Program-made: the position numbers and the translations under genes
Origin: an uncultured bacterium
GTDB taxonomy: Bacteria; Abyssobacteria; SURF-5
NCBI GenBank assembly: GCA_964607485.1
Contig: CAZSKP010000005.1
Location: 28,643-92,642 of the forward strand
Length of the DNA stretch: 64,000 nucleotides
Direction of reading: 5' to 3'
In this document: positions 37,394 through 48,355 of the stretch, piece by piece
Position numbering within the stretch: the first letter of the stretch is position 1
Layout of the letters: each line of letters starts with the position of its first letter
The notes under the pieces: model-generated
Databases searched by the model: none
What the model saw: the letters and a program-made list of their open reading frames with translations, nothing else
What the model was told of the DNA's origin: nothing

Positions 37394-40300
37394 TCAATGC
37401 GGTTGCACAGTCGGGACTTCGGCTTCAATCTTTGTGCCAAGGCCGATATTCGAGGATACCGTCAGGCTTCCTCCGACCAAATTGGCTCGTTCCCTCATGC
37501 CGATGAGGCCGAGAGATTGGCCGGCGTCTATCTTCGAGCGCTCGAATCCGCACCCCGCATCCTCGATCGTCATGACGAGCTTTCCGTCTTTTTGAAAAAG
37601 TCCGACTCTCACTCGGTTTGCCTTGGCGTGGCGGGCCACGTTGGTGAGGGCCTCTTGAAGGATGCGGTAGAGGGCCGTCTTGACCTCGGGCGGATAATCT
37701 TCGTCCTCTGCGCGACAATCCCAATCGCACTGAATTCTCGTCATTTGTTCAAATTGCTCGAGATACGATTCGATTGCCGGGATGAGGCCGAGGTCGTCGA
37801 GTATGCTCGGCCTGAGCGAGAACGATATACGGCGGATGGCGGCGAGCGTCGCGTCGAGCCTCTTGTGGAGCCCATTGGCGACGTCTTGCGCTTCCGGACG
37901 GCCTCTATCCATGAATGCCGCAAGGTTATCCACGTGCATTTTCGCCGACGTCACGAACTGGCCGAGCTCGTCGTGGAGGTCTCTGGAAATGCGTCTTCTC
38001 TCCTCTTCTTGGGCTTCCATCAGTTTCTTTGAAAGCAGACGTGCCTCCGTCTTCGATTCCTCGAGTTCGCTCTCGAGCTTCTTCTTCCTCGTGAAGTCAC
38101 GCGCTATTGAGAACATGCCGGTCACTTTTCCGGCTTTCACGATGGGAACCGTGCTAATAGACAAGGTCGCTATCTCGCCGTTCTTGCGTCTCACTCTCGA
38201 CTCGTGAGTTGTCGGAATACCCTTGATCATCTTCTCTCGCCGCTTCAGTCCTTCTTCGGCATCCTCACCTATGAGCAGGTTGATCGGGTCCAGGTCGCGC
38301 CACTCTTCGGGCGTGTAACCGAGAATCTCAAGGCCCCTACGGTTGACGAAGGTGAGTTTCCAGTCGAGGTCTTGCGTGAAGATGATATCGTTTGCGTTGT
38401 CGAGCAGGCTTTGGAGATAATCCTTGGTCTCGACAAGTTCCTCCTCGGCCCTCTTGCGGTCGGTGATGTCGCGCGCGACATTGATAATGGCTACGATTTG
38501 CCCGTCCTTCCATAACGGGGCTCCGCTCACCTCGGCAACTCTCTTTGTTCCATCTTTCCTGATGAACTCATACTCTGACGGGGGGATGCGTTCGCCTGCA
38601 AGGACCCGCGCCGAATTTGCAAAGGCCTGCTCAAGGTATTCAGGGGATAGCAGATTGAGTTCGTCAAATTTCCTGCCAACTATCTCCTCGGGGCGGTAGC
38701 CGATGGCGGCTTCGACCGACGGCGAAATGCTGGTGACGCGGAAGTCGCGATCAGTCGCATACACCACGTCCCGTATGTTTTCGAAGTGCAGCCGGTACAC
38801 TTCCTCGCTGCTGCGCAACGCCTCTTCCGCCTTCTTTCGCTGGGTGATGTCGCGGAAGATCTCGAGCCTGGAGACGCTGCCGTTGGGGTTTCTCAGAGGA
38901 GTGTCGATCAGATCGTAGGTTTTTCCATTCTTGGAGCAATGCCATTCGCGATGGTCGGTCTTGCCGGCGAAAAACTCCCTGTTCTTGCACCAAGGGCAGA
39001 CATCGTTCTGGTCGTCGAAATATTCGTAGCACTTGAGACCTTCCCAGGGTCCGAAGTCGTTGGAAAGAGCAGGATTGACATACTGGAGCTCGTAGTGTTC
39101 ATCGGCGATGTACACGCCGTCTTCCATGGTCTCCAAAATGTTGATAAGGTTGTCTCTCTCCCGCCGCAGCGCCTCCTCGGCGCGCCTGCGCTCCGTGATA
39201 TCGCGGACCGACGACACGAATCCGATGCTTTTCCCCTCGACGTCCGTTACGATTGATACGCTCAGCTCAGCGGGAAAAGAACTGCCGTCTTTGCGACGTG
39301 TCAGCACTTCTCCCCTGAACTTCCCTCTTTCTTCGAGGGAGCGGATAATACGCGTGAAATCTCCACTATTGGGAACTCCGAACGCGCTGATGGGCTTTGC
39401 CAAGAGTTCTCCCGACCGATAGCCGGTCATCTGTTCCATCACAGGATTCACAAACAGGATATTCCCACCGTCATCGGCGAGTGCGATACCGTCATCGCAG
39501 CAGCAGATGGCCTCGAACAGGCGGGCCATTTCCTGCTGGTCTCTTCTCGCATCCGTCATGTCACGCGCGATGAGGACCAGCCTCGTGGTGTTGTCGTCTT
39601 CGTCGAACACCGGATTGAGCGAATAGGACCAGCGCTGTTCTTGTCCTCTGACCTCGATCACCTTTTCGAACTGGAGGCCTTCCCCGGTCTCGAAAACTTC
39701 TTCGTATTTTTCCTCAAGGAAATCCGCCAGCTTCGGTTGCGTCACATCGCTGACTTTCTTTCCTATGATCTGTTCCGGTTTCACGCGCAGTTGAGCCAAC
39801 GCTTTCTGGTTTACTGAGACGAAGCGATGCTCCCGGTCTATTGTGCAGATGATGTCGGAGGCGCTTTCCACGGTGGCGCGGTAGAGCTGTTGCGATTCTC
39901 GCGCCGTCTTCTCAGCCAGCACGTGCTCGGTCACATCCACGACGAACGCGCTGGCCGCTATTACGTTTCCGGCGGAGTCCTTGACGGGCAGAAGAACGGC
40001 GTCGGCGTATCCGGGCTGCCGGTCTTGCCGATTGGGAACGTTGAACGGGATTCGACTCCGGCGTACCGATTTGCCTATGTCGAACACATGACGGTAATAC
40101 TTGGATATCTCGGAGTCGGACCCGTACATTTCCATCACTGTCTTCCCGATGAACGCTTCCATGGGAAAGCCCGTCATCTCCGACAGGGCACGGTTTACCG
40201 CCAGGTAGCGATATTTGCGATTCACATACGTCATGCCAATGTGGCTTTCCTCGAAAAAGAACCGAACTCTCTCGTCGAATTCTTCCAGTTCGGATTCTAA

Positions 40301-40720
40301 ACGTCTTTGCGACGTGATGTCGTGCCCGATCGCCAGAACCGTTTCGTCGTTGCAAGCTCCCTCAATGACGCTCGCCCTCACTTCGAGCAGCAGCTCAGAG
40401 CCGTCCTTCCTCCTGATGCTCACCTTCGTTGATATGACCGGACGGCGGGCGGACTTCGTCCAGCCGAGATCGTCGCAAACACGCTCGCGCTGGCCCGGAA
40501 GCATGTAATCGAAGACGCACGCTCCCAGGAGTTCCTCTTCCCTGTAGCCAGTGGATTCAGTCACGGCGTGGTTCACCATCAAAAGGCGGCCCTTGGCGTC
40601 CACGGCCGCAACGAGTTCGGGCGCCGTCCAGAACAGCTCCCTGGATGCCTCCGGCCCCAGCCGGGTACCTGAATAACCGTTCACTGCGTCTGCGGACAGC
40701 TTCTCATTGTGGTGCTTCAT
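37394..40720 (-). CDS. Cytoplasmic multi-PAS (about 7) sensor kinase, HisKA_3 type
   Basis: Repeated PAS/PAC ends (HDIT, VDVTE, RDMT, RDITE, RDITQ, RDITD, RDFT); ERRRISRDLHDELGQ; LQEALTNVARHA; GLIGMRER; no TM segment seen. Confidence 0.92.
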   Translation of the reverse strand: MKHHNEKLSADAVNGYSGTRLGPEASRELFWTAPELVAAVDAKGRLLMVNHAVTESTGYREEELLGACVFDYMLPGQRERVCDDLGWTKSARRPVISTKVSIRRKDGSELLLEVRASVIEGACNDETVLAIGHDITSQRRLESELEEFDERVRFFFEESHIGMTYVNRKYRYLAVNRALSEMTGFPMEAFIGKTVMEMYGSDSEISKYYRHVFDIGKSVRRSRIPFNVPNRQDRQPGYADAVLLPVKDSAGNVIAASAFVVDVTEHVLAEKTARESQQLYRATVESASDIICTIDREHRFVSVNQKALAQLRVKPEQIIGKKVSDVTQPKLADFLEEKYEEVFETGEGLQFEKVIEVRGQEQRWSYSLNPVFDEDDNTTRLVLIARDMTDARRDQQEMARLFEAICCCDDGIALADDGGNILFVNPVMEQMTGYRSGELLAKPISAFGVPNSGDFTRIIRSLEERGKFRGEVLTRRKDGSSFPAELSVSIVTDVEGKSIGFVSSVRDITERRRAEEALRRERDNLINILETMEDGVYIADEHYELQYVNPALSNDFGPWEGLKCYEYFDDQNDVCPWCKNREFFAGKTDHREWHCSKNGKTYDLIDTPLRNPNGSVSRLEIFRDITQRKKAEEALRSSEEVYRLHFENIRDVVYATDRDFRVTSISPSVEAAIGYRPEEIVGRKFDELNLLSPEYLEQAFANSARVLAGERIPPSEYEFIRKDGTKRVAEVSGAPLWKDGQIVAIINVARDITDRKRAEEELVETKDYLQSLLDNANDIIFTQDLDWKLTFVNRRGLEILGYTPEEWRDLDPINLLIGEDAEEGLKRREKMIKGIPTTHESRVRRKNGEIATLSISTVPIVKAGKVTGMFSIARDFTRKKKLESELEESKTEARLLSKKLMEAQEEERRRISRDLHDELGQFVTSAKMHVDNLAAFMDRGRPEAQDVANGLHKRLDATLAAIRRISFSLRPSILDDLGLIPAIESYLEQFEQMTRIQCDWDCRAEDEDYPPEVKTALYRILQEALTNVARHAKANRVRVGLFQKDGKLVMTIEDAGCGFERSKIDAGQSLGLIGMRERANLVGGSLTVSSNIGLGTKIEAEVPTVQPH

Positions 40721-41120
40721 ACTGAACACTCCCTCTCACTCCGCGTTCACGGTTACTTCGAACCATAAAGGGCGTAGCGTTGGCTGGGAGTATTGCACAA
40801 TTGGCAAGACGCCAGGGAGGAACAAAGAAAACAACTTCTCTGCAAATGTGCAATGAGTCCAGCGCGCCGTTAGGGAAAGCAGCTAAACGATGAATTCCCT
40901 CTTGACTCTTATAACACACCGTTGGTGGAAGCGCAAGCCCAGCGCAAATTATTCACTCATAGAGTAATCGCTCCGAACTCACTCCTTGGCGATGCTCATT
41001 TGATTCCCGACGCTGAGAGACCGGTTGGACAGGGGGAGACGAACGGGCTGGCGTAGCGGCTCACGATGGGAGAAGAGGAGAGAGCTCACGTCAAGGGAAC
41101 AGGGGCGCCCGGCTGGGATT

Positions 41121-44100
41121 TCAGCTCCGGGCTGTCTTCGTGTGGTATTCCTGGAGGCATTTCACTTCGAGGCCGCCCGAGACGAGCGCCTCCAGCGCGC
41201 CTACGGTTGCCTCCGCGCCTGCGATGGTGGTTATGTAGGGAATGCGGTACTCCACGGCGGCCCTGCGGATGGCGACCTCATCGTACACAGACGCTTTGCC
41301 GAGCGGCGTGTTTATGATAAGCGCGATTTCGTTGTTCTTCACGCGGTCAACCACGTCGGGACGATTCTCGTTGACCTTGTAAACGGTCCCGACCTCGAGA
41401 CCATTGGCCGAGAGGAACTCCGCGGTGCCCCGCGTGGCCATGAGCGCGAATCCCACCTTCTGAAGCCGCCCGGCTATCGGAAGTATTCTCTGCTTGTCCT
41501 TGTCGTTGACACTTATCAGGACGTTTCCTTTCACAGGAAGATAAGAATTGGCCGCCAGTTGAGACTTGGCGAAGGCGAGCCCGAACGTGCGGTCTATGCC
41601 CATCACCTCGCCGGTGGACTTCATCTCAGGCCCGAGGATGGTGTCCACTCCCGAAAACTTGATGAACGGCAGGACCGCCTCCTTCACCGCGAAATGTTCG
41701 AGCGCGCGGTCGGCGCGAATGCCGAGTTCTTTGAGAGTCCGGCCGACCATCAGCCTCGCTGCCACCTTCGCCCACGGCACGCCCGTCGCCTTCGACACGA
41801 ACGGCACGGTGCGGGACGCCCGGGGATTGACTTCGAGCACGTATATCTCGCCGTCCTTTATCGCGAACTGGATGTTTATCAGCCCGACAACGTTGAGGGC
41901 CAGAGCGAGCGCGCGGGTCTGTTCTTTGAGCGATTCCACCTCCCGTTCCTTCAGCGTGTGAGGCGGCAGAACGCACGCGCTGTCGCCCGAGTGGACGCCC
42001 GCAAGCTCGATGTGTTCCATGATGCCGGCCACTATCACTTCCTTGCCGTCGCACACGGCATCGACATCGATTTCGACGGCGTCCTCGAGGAATTTGTCCA
42101 CGAGAATCGGATGGTCGGGAGACGCTTCTCTGGCAAGGGCCATGTAGCTCTTCAGGTGTTCGTCATCGTATGCTATGATCATCGCCCTGCCGCCCAGCAC
42201 GTACGAGGGCCGCACCAGGACGGGGTAGCCGATGCGGCGCGCGATCTCGAGCGCCTCCTCGGCCGAAAAAGCGGTGTCGCTGGGGGCCTGTTTGAGTCCC
42301 AGTCGGTCGAGTATCTGCCTGAACAGCTTGCGATCCTCGGCGATGTCTATGCTCTCGGGCAGCGTCCCGATTATCGGCACTCCCGCCTTCTGCAGCGGCA
42401 CGGCCAGCTTGAGAGGGGTCTGGCCGCCGAACTGGACGATCACGCCGTCGGGCTTTTCCTTGTCGACGATGTTGAGCACGTCCTCGAGCGTGAGCGGTTC
42501 GAAGTAGAGCTTGTCGGAGGTGTCGTAATCGGTGCTCACGGTTTCGGGATTGCTGTTGACCATTATGGTCTCGCAGCCCTCTTCCTTCAGGGCGAACGCG
42601 GCGTGGACGCAGCAGTAGTCGAATTCTATCCCCTGTCCGATGCGATTCGGGCCGCCGCCGAGTATCATGATCTTTTTCCTGTCCGACGGTCTCACCTCGT
42701 CCTCGTCGGAATAGGTCGAGTAGTAATAGGGCGTGTAGGCCTCGAACTCGGCCGCGCAGGTGTCCACCAGTTTGAAGGTGGCCTCCACTCCAAGCTTCTT
42801 CCGCACCGTCCTCACGGTCATTTCGTCCGAACCCCAGAGGTACGCAAGCTGGCGGTCGGAGAATCCGTATTGCTTCGCCTCCTTGAGGAGCCCCTTGGCT
42901 TCGCCGTTTTCCGTCGGGTCGAGCTGGCCGCGCATCATACCCAGCAGGCGTCCGTTCGCGACACGCAGGCGCGCCTCCATCTCGACGATGTCCTTCATGT
43001 TGTTGATGAACCACGGGTCGATGCGAGTGAGCGAATGCATCTCCTCGACGTCGAGGCCCGCAAGGATCGCCTCGCGCAGGTAGAACACGCGCTCGCTGGT
43101 CGGCGTTCTCAGCTTCTCCCTGATTTTGTCCACGGTTTCGGGGTCGGCTCCGTCTGCGATGAATCGGACGTTCTTCCCGTCGCAGCCGAGGCCGTACCTG
43201 TCGATTTCAAGCGAGCGCAACCCCTTCTGAAGCGCTTCCTTGAAGGTACGCCCGATGCTCATCGTCTCGCCCACGCTTTTCATCTGGACGGTCAGTCGAG
43301 GGTCGGAGCCGGGGAATTTCTCGAACGCCCAACGGGGAATCTTCACGACACAGTAGTCGATCGTCGGCTCGAAAGAGGCAGGCGTCTGCTTCGTGATGTC
43401 GTTGGGAATCTCGTCGAGCGAATATCCGACCGCCAGTTTCGCCGCAATCTTTGCGATGGGAAAGCCGGTCGCCTTCGAGGCGAGCGCGGAGCTGCGCGAC
43501 ACGCGGGGATTCATCTCGATTATGACCATTCTCCCGTTCGCGGGGTCCACAGCGAACTGGATGTTTGAGCCGCCGGTATCCACGCCGATTTCCCGGATGA
43601 CGGCGATGGCGGCGTCGCGCATGATCTGGTATTCCTTATCCGAGAGAGTCTGTGCGGGGGCGACGGTGATGCTGTCGCCCGTGTGTATGCCCATGGGGTC
43701 GAAGTTTTCGATGGAGCAAATGATGACGACGTTGTCGGCGCAGTCGCGCATGACCTCCAGCTCGTATTCCTTCCATCCTATGACCGATTCCTCGACGAGC
43801 ACCTCGCTGATGGGGCTTGCATCGAGACCCCACTTGACCATGCGCTCGAATTCCTCGAGGTTGTAGGCGACGCTTCCGCCCGTGCCGCCGAGCGTAAAAG
43901 AGGGGCGTATCACCGTGGGGAAGCCGATCTCGTCGATTCCTCGCATCGCTTCGTCGAGTGAATAGCAGTAGTAGCTTCGGGGCAGTTCGAGTCCGATCTT
44001 GTCCATGGCCGCCTTGAACAGCGAGCGGTCCTCGGCCTTCTTGATGGCGTCGAGCTTCGCGCCTATCAGTTCCACGTTGTGCTTTTCGAGAGCGCCTATC

Positions 44101-44411
44101 TTCGCCAGGTCGACGGCAAGGTTGAGGCCGGTCTGGCCGCCCAGCGTCGGCAACAGCGCTTCGGGCCTCTCGCGCTCGATTATCTTTTCCAAGACTTCCG
44201 GCACGAGCGGCTCGATGTAGGTGCGGTCGGCCATTTCGGGGTCGGTCATGATGGTGGCGGGATTGCTGTTCACCAGCACAATCTCGTAGCCCTCTTCCTT
44301 GAGGGCCTTGCAGGCCTGGGCGCCCGAATAGTCGAATTCGCAGGCTTGGCCGATTATGATCGGACCGGAGCCCACTATCAGTATTTTGCGGAGGTCAGTG
44401 CGTTTTGGCAT
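41121..44411 (-). CDS. carB: Carbamoyl-phosphate synthase large subunit
   Basis: [30 protein letters not shown]; [11 protein letters not shown]; [15 protein letters not shown]; EVNPRASRT; C-terminal MGS domain. Confidence 0.98.
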   Translation of the reverse strand: MPKRTDLRKILIVGSGPIIIGQACEFDYSGAQACKALKEEGYEIVLVNSNPATIMTDPEMADRTYIEPLVPEVLEKIIERERPEALLPTLGGQTGLNLAVDLAKIGALEKHNVELIGAKLDAIKKAEDRSLFKAAMDKIGLELPRSYYCYSLDEAMRGIDEIGFPTVIRPSFTLGGTGGSVAYNLEEFERMVKWGLDASPISEVLVEESVIGWKEYELEVMRDCADNVVIICSIENFDPMGIHTGDSITVAPAQTLSDKEYQIMRDAAIAVIREIGVDTGGSNIQFAVDPANGRMVIIEMNPRVSRSSALASKATGFPIAKIAAKLAVGYSLDEIPNDITKQTPASFEPTIDYCVVKIPRWAFEKFPGSDPRLTVQMKSVGETMSIGRTFKEALQKGLRSLEIDRYGLGCDGKNVRFIADGADPETVDKIREKLRTPTSERVFYLREAILAGLDVEEMHSLTRIDPWFINNMKDIVEMEARLRVANGRLLGMMRGQLDPTENGEAKGLLKEAKQYGFSDRQLAYLWGSDEMTVRTVRKKLGVEATFKLVDTCAAEFEAYTPYYYSTYSDEDEVRPSDRKKIMILGGGPNRIGQGIEFDYCCVHAAFALKEEGCETIMVNSNPETVSTDYDTSDKLYFEPLTLEDVLNIVDKEKPDGVIVQFGGQTPLKLAVPLQKAGVPIIGTLPESIDIAEDRKLFRQILDRLGLKQAPSDTAFSAEEALEIARRIGYPVLVRPSYVLGGRAMIIAYDDEHLKSYMALAREASPDHPILVDKFLEDAVEIDVDAVCDGKEVIVAGIMEHIELAGVHSGDSACVLPPHTLKEREVESLKEQTRALALALNVVGLINIQFAIKDGEIYVLEVNPRASRTVPFVSKATGVPWAKVAARLMVGRTLKELGIRADRALEHFAVKEAVLPFIKFSGVDTILGPEMKSTGEVMGIDRTFGLAFAKSQLAANSYLPVKGNVLISVNDKDKQRILPIAGRLQKVGFALMATRGTAEFLSANGLEVGTVYKVNENRPDVVDRVKNNEIALIINTPLGKASVYDEVAIRRAAVEYRIPYITTIAGAEATVGALEALVSGGLEVKCLQEYHTKTARS

Positions 44412-44465
44412 CGGAAATAGAGGATTCGACAGCTCCGGCTTGCGAGCCGGGCCGTCCTGGCGGGT

Positions 44466-44717
44466 TCACTCGCCAAAAGTGAAGCCGCAGTCCGCGACGA
44501 GCGACTCTTTCTGTGTGCGCGGGTATTTGCGGCACTGAGGGGGTCGGAACGAATAGATAATGCATCCTTTTCCGTCATAGAACGGGCACCGAAAGACGAA
44601 CTGACAGCACTGTCCACACCTCCGGCAGGATCCCTTTCGATTCTCATCCACGGGGAAAAAAGCGGTGAACGTTCTCTGAAGCTTGAGGCCGACTGTTTTT
44701 ACACCTTCCGGGCTCAT
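44466..44717 (-). CDS. Small CxxCxxCC (YkgJ-like) Cys-cluster protein
   Basis: CRRCGQCC...CPF...CIIY..RPPQCRKYP...CG; 8 Cys in 83 aa; same strand and 54 nt upstream of carB. Confidence 0.72.
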   Translation of the reverse strand: MSPEGVKTVGLKLQRTFTAFFPVDENRKGSCRRCGQCCQFVFRCPFYDGKGCIIYSFRPPQCRKYPRTQKESLVADCGFTFGE

Positions 44718-44907
44718 TGCGGAAATTATCCCCTAATTTTGGCTTGAAAGTCCCCATAATATAGCACAAGCTCTGTCACCGCGTCAAGGAGACCCCAGCC
44801 GTTGTTTGACCCCGCACGGTTATCTGTGATAGCTTGGGAGAGTGTCGGCCGAAAAAAGAGTGCCGGCCTTTCTGCGAGAACCATGATTCATTGAAAGGAA
44901 GCAACAG

Positions 44908-45582
44908 ATGGATGCGATGGAAGCGATCAGGAAAAGAAAGAGCATTCGCGCATACAAGCCGGAACCGGTGAGCAGGGAGGTAATCCTGGAGCTGCTCCGG
45001 GCGGCGGTTATGGCGCCCTCGGGCTCGAACTCTCAGCCGTGGAAATTCTATGTTGTTGGGGGACAGAGGAAGCAGCAGCTGGATGAATTGCTGCTCCGGT
45101 GTCTGCACGAAGGCCGCCCGACGAGCAACGAGCTTCACGTTCAGCGAGAGGGGGGCGACGAGAAGACGCAAGAGCGGGTCAGCTCGCGCAGAACCGAATT
45201 GACACGGGCCATCATGGACATCCTCACGAAGAACGACCTGCCGATAGAGATGTTTGCAAAGGGGAGCTTCAGGTATTTCGGCGCGCCGGTAGCGATTTTC
45301 GTCGCGATGGACCAGTCCCTGGGCGAAAACTACCTTGTGGCCGTGGGCGCGGCGGTCGAAAACCTCATGCTTGTCGCCTGCGAGAAAGGGCTGGGCTCCT
45401 GCTGGATAGGGATGTCCCTCATGTACTCGAAGGAAATCAAGAAAGAGTTGGGCATTCCCGACACCGAGCGAATCGTCACGAGCCTGGCGCTCGGCTACCC
45501 CGACGACGAGGCCTCGATAAATACTTTCAAATCGACCAGAGATGCCCTCGATTCGTTCGTTGAATGGGTTGGGTGGGAATAG
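44908..45582 (+). CDS. Nitroreductase-family flavoprotein
   Basis: RKSIRAY; AAVMAPSGSNSQPW; GAAVENLMLVACEKGLGSCW; LALGYP. Confidence 0.92.
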   Translation: MDAMEAIRKRKSIRAYKPEPVSREVILELLRAAVMAPSGSNSQPWKFYVVGGQRKQQLDELLLRCLHEGRPTSNELHVQREGGDEKTQERVSSRRTELTRAIMDILTKNDLPIEMFAKGSFRYFGAPVAIFVAMDQSLGENYLVAVGAAVENLMLVACEKGLGSCWIGMSLMYSKEIKKELGIPDTERIVTSLALGYPDDEASINTFKSTRDALDSFVEWVGWE

Positions 45583-45628
45583 AATCTGCCCGGACGCGAC
45601 CGACCTGATGCACGCAGCCGCCGGTAAA

Positions 45629-48355
45629 ATGACGGAATCTCCGAGGCGCAGCCGCCTTGTGCTGCTTGCGGCGCTCGTTCTCTGTCTCTCGATTGGGTGC
45701 AACCGGCGCGATCTCTCGAGGCCTGAGTACAAGTATGACAGGGAGAGAACATCGGAAGAGCTGCGTCGGCTCGAACAAATGACGGAGCTCGAAGAGGTGC
45801 TCGGACGCGACATCGAAAAGTTGAGCAAAATGTTGAAGAAGCGCGAGTCCGTCAAGTCGCTCCGGGAGATGCAGGATCTCCTTGTCCAATGCCGCGACGA
45901 ATATCTTAAGGGATTGAAAGGTGAATCCGGCGTTCCTCTCGGGGGAATCGGGGCCGGAACGGTCGAGCTGCGGCCCGACGGCGGCCTGCATGATTGGCGA
46001 ATCGCCGGAAACTGGGACGTGGCCAAAGAGCCGGAGTTCTGCTACTTCGCCGTCCGAACGCATTCGCCTCGCCGCGGCCCATCGACTCGCGTGTTGCAGA
46101 ATTCGGACTGGGCGGGCCGGATGAAAACACAGGATATTGGATACGACGGCCGATTCCCCTTCGTCTTCCTCGACTATGGCTCTGGTCGGCAACCCGTCTC
46201 GACGCGCTGTGTCGTGTTCTCGCCGCTCATCCCGCACAACGCCGAAGACTCATGCCTCCCGCTCGCCTGTTTCAAGTTCACGCTGGAGAACACGTCGGCG
46301 GAAGATGTCCACGTGTCGATAATGTTTGCCGCCGGCATGTCCGACCTGATGGAGGGGGGCGCTGTCGATTTCGATCGGACTGAGGATATTTGGACGGTTA
46401 GCTACGGATCGGGCCGGGACGCGGTCGCCCTTTCGACCACTTTGCAAAATTCAAGCCATGCAGCAGGCTGGCCGGGCGGTTTTCTGCCTCCGGAATTCGC
46501 TCGCACCGGAAGGCTCGGCGACGACGCCGGGAATGAGGACAACGGCCGGATCGCACTCTGCACGGAGCTTGACCTGAAACCCCATGAATCAAAGGACGCG
46601 CTGTTTCTCCTATCATGGTTTTTCCCCGACTTCAGGCAACGGCCGACGCGGAGCTACCAGATGGAGGTGAAGTTCAAAGAGTTGGGAACGACGCAGGAGG
46701 CCGAGGCCCGGAAATACTTTGGCCGAAGGTACAACCACTTCGGAAGCGCGAAAGGCGTGATACGGTATTTCGTGCAGAATCGTTCGCGGCTGGAAGATGC
46801 AACCAGGCAATGGCATGAACTCATTCAGAAGAGCACGCTCGACGATAAGCTCAAGCATTTCCTCCCGAATTCCTTATACCCACTGTTCAAGACGTCGTTC
46901 TGGACGGAGAACGGGCTCTTCAATATTTTGGAGTCCACGAATGCCGCTCCCAACCTGGATTGCGTTCACGTCAGATATTACGGCTCCATTCCGCTTGCGC
47001 TCATGTTTCCCGAGCTCGACAAGCAGGTCCTCAGGCGGCTGGCCCAGCACAGAGGCCCGTTCGGCGGCGAGAAGAAGGGCCAGATACCGGAACAGTTCTA
47101 CGGCTTTTGCTTCGAGATACCCTTCGGACGCGCCCTGCTTCAGAACAACCTCGTGTTTGTGCTGATGGTGTATAGAGACTATGTGTGGACAGGCGATATG
47201 GAGTTCCTTCGCGAAATGTGGCCGGCGGTTGAGGAGGCGATGGCGCTGGCCGCGTCGGCCGATACCGATGCGGACGACCTGCCGGACGAGACCGGGATAT
47301 TGCAGTCCTATGATGATTACGACATGGGCGACTCGTCGGCGTACATCTCGGGCATCTGGCTCGCCTCGCTCAGAGCGGCCGAGGAAATCGCTCTGGCAAT
47401 GAACAAGCCGGAAGCCGCCAAAAATTTTCACGACTCATTTGTCGAGAGCCGCCAGTCGATGGAAGACCTGCTTTGGGCGGGCGAATATTATGCTTTCACC
47501 GAGGGAGAAAGGGGAAAGGTCTGTTTTGCGGACATGCTCAATGGACAGTGGTACGCGGACATGCTCGGCCTGGGCGATTTGCTCGACAGGGACCGGGTGC
47601 GAAGTTCGCTCGCGTCGGTTTTCAAATACAACTATCCCGCGACACCCTACGGCATCGTGAACGGCTTCTTGCCCGGGAGCGGGATAGATTTCCCCGAGCA
47701 GGCCGGCTACTTCCAGGCGCAGAGCGGCTCCGTTTGGACTGGCGCCACGTTCGCAGTCGCATCGCTGGGACTCTACCGGGGTTTTTATGATGAGCCGATG
47801 CGAGCGGTCGGCGAGGTCTATGACAACTATTCGACGCGTCTCGGAAACCTCTGGAACCTGCGCGAGGCCAACGACCCCGAATCGGGCCTGCCGATGGCCT
47901 GGCCGTATTATTACAGGGCGATGTCGCTGTGGTCCGTTCTGCTGGGAGTCGAGGGATTTCGGTACAACGCGCCGGAGGCGCGGCTGACCATAAGGCCGCC
48001 GGAAAAAGCAACTCACCTCAAAGCCCCGCTGATTGTACCGGGCGCGGTGGCCGAGGTGGAACTGGACGGAGAAGACGGCGAAACTCGTCTCTCCATAACG
48101 ACTCACAGTGGTGCTCTCCGAGTCGAACAGGTCAGGATGCCCGGTGAAATCCCGGACGGAACGCCGGAGCATTCCGTCCGACTACGTGGGACTGCGGTAG
48201 ATTCACAGCTCTCACACGACGGCGACGGACACGTCGTGACACTTTCACGAGCGCAGCAGATTCGTCCCAAGGAGACATTGGAAATAACCATTGAGGAAGG
48301 GCAAGCCGGAGTATTGAACGATGGACAAACAGCCCAAAATGCGAGAAGTAGATAG
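45629..48355 (+). CDS. GH116-family beta-glycosidase, predicted lipoprotein
   Basis: Lipobox LSIGC; GVPLGGIGAG; FSPLIPHN.EDSCLP; putative nucleophile in FNILES; putative acid/base in QSYDDY; VWTGATF; YYRAMSLW. Confidence 0.85.
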   Translation: MTESPRRSRLVLLAALVLCLSIGCNRRDLSRPEYKYDRERTSEELRRLEQMTELEEVLGRDIEKLSKMLKKRESVKSLREMQDLLVQCRDEYLKGLKGESGVPLGGIGAGTVELRPDGGLHDWRIAGNWDVAKEPEFCYFAVRTHSPRRGPSTRVLQNSDWAGRMKTQDIGYDGRFPFVFLDYGSGRQPVSTRCVVFSPLIPHNAEDSCLPLACFKFTLENTSAEDVHVSIMFAAGMSDLMEGGAVDFDRTEDIWTVSYGSGRDAVALSTTLQNSSHAAGWPGGFLPPEFARTGRLGDDAGNEDNGRIALCTELDLKPHESKDALFLLSWFFPDFRQRPTRSYQMEVKFKELGTTQEAEARKYFGRRYNHFGSAKGVIRYFVQNRSRLEDATRQWHELIQKSTLDDKLKHFLPNSLYPLFKTSFWTENGLFNILESTNAAPNLDCVHVRYYGSIPLALMFPELDKQVLRRLAQHRGPFGGEKKGQIPEQFYGFCFEIPFGRALLQNNLVFVLMVYRDYVWTGDMEFLREMWPAVEEAMALAASADTDADDLPDETGILQSYDDYDMGDSSAYISGIWLASLRAAEEIALAMNKPEAAKNFHDSFVESRQSMEDLLWAGEYYAFTEGERGKVCFADMLNGQWYADMLGLGDLLDRDRVRSSLASVFKYNYPATPYGIVNGFLPGSGIDFPEQAGYFQAQSGSVWTGATFAVASLGLYRGFYDEPMRAVGEVYDNYSTRLGNLWNLREANDPESGLPMAWPYYYRAMSLWSVLLGVEGFRYNAPEARLTIRPPEKATHLKAPLIVPGAVAEVELDGEDGETRLSITTHSGALRVEQVRMPGEIPDGTPEHSVRLRGTAVDSQLSHDGDGHVVTLSRAQQIRPKETLEITIEEGQAGVLNDGQTAQNARSR

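Noticed and set aside
41025-43568. 847-aa plus-strand ORF
   Set aside because: Antisense shadow of carB
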